In this document: piece by piece, positions 25,552-28,971 of the stretch
How positions within the stretch are numbered: the stretch's first letter is position 1
How the letters are laid out: each line of letters begins with the position of its first letter
Program-made: the position numbers and the translations under genes
Source: Candidatus Latescibacterota bacterium
Lineage (GTDB): Bacteria; Latescibacterota; UBA2968; UBA8231
DNA: 28,971 nt
Assembly (NCBI GenBank): GCA_965205655.1
Contig: CBDBIJ010000044.1
Coordinates: 1-28,971 of the forward strand
Direction of reading: 5' to 3'
The notes under the pieces: generated by a model
What the model saw: only the letters and a program-made list of their open reading frames with translations
Told to the model about the DNA's origin: nothing
Database searches by the model: none

Positions 25552-26170
25552 TCATTGCTTCGTTGCAAAAAAGACACCGACAAAGTAGTGCTTGTACACG
25601 CAATCAACGTTCACAAATCCAACATCCTTTAGCCATTGAAGTTGATCCACGAGCAGGGCATCCTGATCTAGTTCCTGGCGCCTCTTAATGCTTTTTTGGA
25701 TCTGCTCTCCATCTCCTCCGGCTTGCCGGACTTCATCTAACCAAGTCGACCAATACAGATCCTCGATCGCCTGTGTTTCACCTTTAATCTGATCGATATT
25801 GATGAAGGCGCCGGACGACTTCAAAGATTCATAGATCAGCCCGAAGAGCTTCCTCTTGTCAGGATGGTTCAGGTGATGAACTGATAGGCTCGAAATAACT
25901 AGATCGAAGGCGTCGAACTCTCTGATGTTCAGAAAATCGTCCACGATAGCCGACACGTTGTGGTGAGAATCGCGGAATCGATTCTGAGCTAAATCAAGCA
26001 TCGCGGACGCGACATCATAGAGAACGAACTCAGCCTTTGGATACTTCTGAGAAACCTGCCAGGAGAACAGGCCGGTTCCCGCGCCCAAATCTAAGAACCC
26101 GGATTTTCTTGCCGGACGGGAAGGGAATCAACTCGAGAGCAGTTGGGAAGGCCTCCTCGTAGCAAGGAAG
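25552..26170 (-). pseudogene. Class I SAM-dependent methyltransferase, 3' part (split by IS3, extra frameshift near 26092)
   Basis: PCYEEAFPTALELIPFPSGKKIRVL, then after removing one base DLGAGTG...FDLVISSLSVHHL...LKSSGAFINID. Confidence 0.88.
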
Positions 26171-26210
26171 TGTAAAGCCCTGGGTTTCTGGACACTGATT
26201 TGGCGGATGG

Positions 26211-27119
26211 TCAGGCCGCCTTGGACAACTCCTGCTGGAAGCTCCGGCGCACCTGGTTTGGCGTCTGATAGTTGTGTCGCTCGAGGAGCCACTTCTCGTT
26301 GTAGACTCTCTTGAATTCGAGCAGGGCAAGACGGAGCTCTTCGACCGTGGCAAAGTATCGGACCCACAGGAGATTCTCCTTGAGGGTGCGGATGAATCGC
26401 TCGGAGCAGCCATTGCCCTCCGGGGCACGCACGAAGCTGGGCGACGACTCGATGCCCAGGAAGTCGATCTGTTTCTGGAAGTGGTCGGACATGTACGCAG
26501 AGCCATGATCGTGGCGCAGCTGCAGCCCCCCGGCGATACCCTTGTCGCCGCCGCCGAAGTGTTCGCGGACTCCCTGGTGGATCGGCTCCAGGGCCTCGAA
26601 ACGGTCGCCTGTGGCCGCTGCATGAATGCCGATGCACTCCGAGCTGCAGTGGTCGACAGCCACGAAGACCGTAGCTGTGCCTTCGCCGGTGGTCACGGTG
26701 GTGGTCAAGTCGGTTCCCCACATCTGGTCTGGTCGCTCGGTGGTGATCGTCCCGTCGTGTGCTTGCGGGCCCCTTGGCTGGCCAGCGCGTTGCGGCACCT
26801 GCAGGCCGTGCTCGCGCATCACACGGCGTACGCGTTCCTTCGAGGTGCGGATGTCCTGCGCCCGCAGCTGGGCCCACATCTTGCGGTAGCCTTCCCCGTG
26901 AAAGGGGGACGCCTTCAGCAACTCGCGAATCTTCTCAGCTAGCTCATCGTCGGTACACGGCCCTTGGGGACCTCGTTTCTTCCGCTCAAGACGCTCCTCC
27001 GGACGCAGAGCCGCCCGACGCCGATGCTCGTGGACGGTGGAGCGAGGAAACTGCCAGACCCGACACACACGCTGCAGCCTGTACGGCCGCTTCCTGGAGG
27101 GCGACTGGGTCTGGCTCAT
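26211..27119 (-). CDS. IS3-family transposase OrfB (rve/DDE integrase core)
   Basis: Motifs GYRKMW, MWGTDLT, VAVDHCS, LRHDHGSAY, PEGNGCSERFIRTLKE. Start overlaps the orfA stop (ATGA). Confidence 0.93.
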   Translation of the reverse strand: MSQTQSPSRKRPYRLQRVCRVWQFPRSTVHEHRRRAALRPEERLERKKRGPQGPCTDDELAEKIRELLKASPFHGEGYRKMWAQLRAQDIRTSKERVRRVMREHGLQVPQRAGQPRGPQAHDGTITTERPDQMWGTDLTTTVTTGEGTATVFVAVDHCSSECIGIHAAATGDRFEALEPIHQGVREHFGGGDKGIAGGLQLRHDHGSAYMSDHFQKQIDFLGIESSPSFVRAPEGNGCSERFIRTLKENLLWVRYFATVEELRLALLEFKRVYNEKWLLERHNYQTPNQVRRSFQQELSKAA

Positions 27120-27445
27120 CGCTTCGACCTCCGGGATGCCAAAGGGAGTCCATCCTCCAGGCGATGGATCTTGGACTCCAGCAACTCGTTGTCCATCGTC
27201 AGATCCCCCACCTTCGCTTTCAGGCGGGCGATCTGTTCATCCCGCTCATCACGGGTACGGCTGTGCAGAGCTGACTCACCCCCACCCAGGAACTGCTCGC
27301 GCCACTCACTCAGCGTGGCTGCCATCACACCCAACTCCCGGGACAGGACCTCCAGGTCCTCCCCACGCAGCAGGCGCAACACCGCCTCCTGCTTTCGACG
27401 AGCGGAGAATCGGCCGACCCGAACACCCTTCTTCTGCTTAGTCAT
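27116..27445 (-). CDS. IS3-family OrfA (HTH protein)
   Basis: RFSARRKQEAVLRLLRGEDLEVLSRELGV..ATLSEWR plus a coiled coil (LKAKVGDLTMDNELL). AAGGAG SD before ATG 27445. Confidence 0.9.
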   Translation of the reverse strand: MTKQKKGVRVGRFSARRKQEAVLRLLRGEDLEVLSRELGVMAATLSEWREQFLGGGESALHSRTRDERDEQIARLKAKVGDLTMDNELLESKIHRLEDGLPLASRRSKR

Positions 27446-27511
27446 CTCAAACACTCCTTTCAGGTCCATGTGGACCCTCTAATGTGTCCAAGAAAACCCT
27501 GGGGCGCTGGA

Positions 27512-27578
27512 GAAGTCCCTTCTTCACCCAGTCATCGTAATACTCCGATGACTGATTGAACGCCTTATCAATTGCCAC
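27512..27578 (-). pseudogene. Class I SAM-dependent methyltransferase, 5' part
   Basis: GTG 27578 gives MAIDKAFNQSSEYYDDWVKKGL. Removing the IS and one CTTC copy restores GGA CTT CCT TGC (GLPC) in frame. Confidence 0.85.
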
Positions 27579-27588
27579 GGGGACGTTC

Positions 27589-28437
27589 TTACTTGGCAAA
27601 GACCTTGTCTTCGAGGAGCCTCTGGAGTTCAAAGATGCCGCGGCCGGATCGGGGGTCGGCGGAGTTGCGCATACGAACGGTGATCGATTCAAGACGGACG
27701 TTTTGCGTGGGTTCCCCACGGAGGATGTTGGCGTTCAAGTCGTTGGAGAGGGGCCAGGCGTCTGCGGCGGCATACTCGTAAATAAGGAGCCGGCGGGAGT
27801 TGCTCGAGGTGTTGGCGGCCGAACCGTGGAGGGTGAGGGTGTGATGGATGGAGATGTCGCCGGCGTTAAGTTGGAGGGAGACCGCGGTGGAAAGGTCAAT
27901 GCCGTCGCGTTGAGGACTGATGCCGCCGATGAAAAAACCGTTCTGGTGATGGTCGAAAACGGGACCGGTGTGGGAACCGGGGATGACCATCATACAGCCG
28001 CTTTCCAGGGTGTTGTCTTCGAGGGCAATGCCGACGGCGCAGAGATCACCGTTGGTGTGAGGATGATGAGCAAAGTCCTGGTGCCATTCCACAGCGGTGC
28101 CGCCGTTGCCGGGTTTGATGTTGATCTTGTTGCCCAGGGCACGGATGTCGGGGCCGATGAGTGGGACAAGGCGGTCCAGAATGCGGTCGGAACGCATCAG
28201 GGCATCGAAGAGGGGATGGTAGGCAGTCGGGTGGCCGAGGCGACGGACCTTGGGATGTTCAGGGGTATGGTCGGGTTCAAGGTCGTAATGTCCAGAGCTC
28301 TCCATGACCGTGCGGGATTTTTCGATGAAGTCGTCAATGATGCCATTGGCTTCAGCCACCTCGTCAGGGGTGAGGATATTCGGGAGGGTGAGGTAGCCGT
28401 TTTCCCGGTAGAAGTTGATTTGATCTTGGGTGAGCAT
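27589..28437 (-). CDS. Phytanoyl-CoA dioxygenase (PhyH)-family Fe(II)/2OG dioxygenase
   Basis: Motifs LTQDQINFYRENGYL, WHQD, GCMMVIPGSH, AGDISIHHTLTLHGSAANTSSNSRR. Confidence 0.93.
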   Translation of the reverse strand: MLTQDQINFYRENGYLTLPNILTPDEVAEANGIIDDFIEKSRTVMESSGHYDLEPDHTPEHPKVRRLGHPTAYHPLFDALMRSDRILDRLVPLIGPDIRALGNKINIKPGNGGTAVEWHQDFAHHPHTNGDLCAVGIALEDNTLESGCMMVIPGSHTGPVFDHHQNGFFIGGISPQRDGIDLSTAVSLQLNAGDISIHHTLTLHGSAANTSSNSRRLLIYEYAAADAWPLSNDLNANILRGEPTQNVRLESITVRMRNSADPRSGRGIFELQRLLEDKVFAK

Positions 28438-28537
28438 AAAAGACTCCTAGGTGATGGAGTTTGACCCTGAAGTAGCCCAATACCTCAGCACAAACTCGGA
28501 CTATGAGTGAACAGCCACAAGAGTGTTGTGAGCCGTG

Positions 28538-28894
28538 CTATGCGCTCACGCGTTGCCGGAGCTCAAATCCATTCCCTTCAGGATCCTTAAAGCAACACAC
28601 CCTCGGTATGTGACCGCGTGCTTCGCGTAGTTCAACTAGATGCCCGCCAAGACTTTCTATGTCCGTCAGGACCTCTTCTATGTTTTCGACCTCAAGACAC
28701 AGCCCCGCGTTTGGCAAGACACCATCTGAACCTGCGGGCAGAATGTGTAACGCCAACACGATTGAATCGAGATCCAACGTCGTCCAACCATCTGACTCCA
28801 TTAGAGGACTCACTTGAAAAGACTTCACATAAAACTCCTTGGCGCGATCCATATCGTGGACATAGTGGATTACCATCGGATTCTTGCACCTCAT
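28538..28894 (-). CDS. VOC/glyoxalase-family protein
   Basis: 118 aa with YVHDMDRAKEFY, LCLEVENI and FKDPEGNGFEL. Confidence 0.9.
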   Translation of the reverse strand: MRCKNPMVIHYVHDMDRAKEFYVKSFQVSPLMESDGWTTLDLDSIVLALHILPAGSDGVLPNAGLCLEVENIEEVLTDIESLGGHLVELREARGHIPRVCCFKDPEGNGFELRQRVSA

Positions 28895-28971
28895 TGTGCC
28901 TCTCCCTGGTTGAAGTTGAGCTTCATAGGGGTGGGGTCAGGGTTGCTTAAGCACTCAAGGATCGCGCCACT

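Larger units (their letters stand above)
26171..27511 (-). mobile_element. IS3-family insertion sequence (1341 bp)
   Basis: IRs TGTAAAGCCCTGGGTTTCTGGACAC and TCCAGCGCCCCAGGGTTTTCTTGGACAC. TSD GAAG at 26167-26170 and 27512-27515. Confidence 0.92.

Noticed and set aside
28925..28971. GGGGTCAGGGTTGC as the end of a transposon or repeat
   Set aside because: It lies at the window edge with no partner IR or transposase visible, so it cannot be supported.

Overview
A GC-rich bacterial window in two parts. Bases 1-11.4 kb are mostly intact housekeeping genes: a LysR regulator, DUF309, dusB, 5-formyl-THF cyclo-ligase, uppS-cdsA-rseP-queG and ftsY. This part also has three near-consensus sigma70 promoters and one IS30 insertion that splits a NIPSNAP gene. 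Bases 11.4-29 kb are a decaying accessory catabolic region (glycoside hydrolase-like genes, sulfatase, Asp-box protein, PhyH, VOC, methyltransferase) holding six more IS elements: IS30 x2, a nested IS5/IS1182-like element, IS256 x2 and IS3. Many genes there are split, truncated, internally deleted or frameshifted, and most can be rebuilt base by base from target-site duplications (TSDs). The best candidate for something undescribed is a 176-nt element between queG and ftsY (9209-9384). It folds on the + strand into a 22-bp closing helix around several hairpins with CA(G)GGAUG loops, the signature of CsrA/RsmA-binding sRNAs. All product calls come from motif recognition by eye; no searches were run.
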